DNA of 20,000 nucleotides, from NCBI GenBank assembly GCA_021432655.1, contig MU271384.1, positions 57,039 to 77,038 of the forward strand. Reading direction: 5' to 3'. Positions 19,508-20,000 of this stretch are shown piece after piece. Each line of letters opens with the position of its first letter. The first letter of the stretch is position 1. The position numbers and the translations under genes were made by a program. Source of the DNA: Atractiella rhizophila (taxonomy: Eukaryota). Below the pieces are notes generated by a model that did not search any database, was not told the origin of the DNA, and was given only the letters and a program-made list of their open reading frames with translations.

Positions 19508-20000
19508 TCTATTCGTTTTCTGTCTCGCATTTGTTGTATCCTTCATCAAGCAAACAACCAAGATCATGCGTTCTTCCATCATATGCTTGATGCGCTGTTG
19601 TCGAAGCCTGAAGGTGATGTCCTTGAACCTCTTCTTTCAGTAATCCTTTGATTCTCGAGCCTAAAGAATGATTACGACGGTGCATTGAATATTGAGGATC
19701 ATGATCAAGATGGTGAGCATGAACGAAAGTTGTCTTATTCTGTTAGTCGTCTCAAAAGAATTAACCTGAGTTTGAGTATCCTTGTCGAGAACTTCTTACC
19801 CCTTGTACACGACAACGGGGCTGCCAGACAGGTTGCGTACTTACAGATGACTCTGGACTCTGGAGAACAATCACAGCAGGTCAACTCTTTCTTTAGCTGT
19901 ATTGACATCATATTCCGATTCTCACACACTCGTACTCTGTACAACATCTTTACAACACGCTATTCTCCCAACATGCCAGTGTCAAGCTCTCCAAACCTCT
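19508..20000 (+). pseudogene. Possible degenerate or partial coding region running off the window end
   Basis: One + frame is open for about 164 codons except for a single TGA at 19649-19651. No recognisable domain. Confidence 0.2.

Overview
Intron-rich fungal nuclear DNA, basidiomycete-like by the SmD2 and GH71 sequences and the mostly 48-74 nt GT-AG introns. I reconstructed the gene models by hand. In order: a secreted Ser/Thr/Pro-rich GPI-type protein (-), a GH71 alpha-1,3-glucanase (+, 11 exons), an amidohydrolase-2 family decarboxylase (-), two large disordered orphan ORFs (+), a second GPI-type cell-wall protein (-), mitochondrial EF-Tu (-) and Sm D2 (+). The most unusual region is about 14.3-16.7 kb. 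It holds an old ~0.9 kb tandem duplication, and each copy carries a spliced ~50-55 aa micro-gene that the ORF track does not resolve. The two copies are separated exactly at their junction by a ~530 bp array of about 20 copies of TTTGATCCAGCG(T/C)A with recurring spacer classes and a 96-bp higher-order unit. EF-Tu also has an unresolved N-terminal frame break and a charged insertion in domain III.
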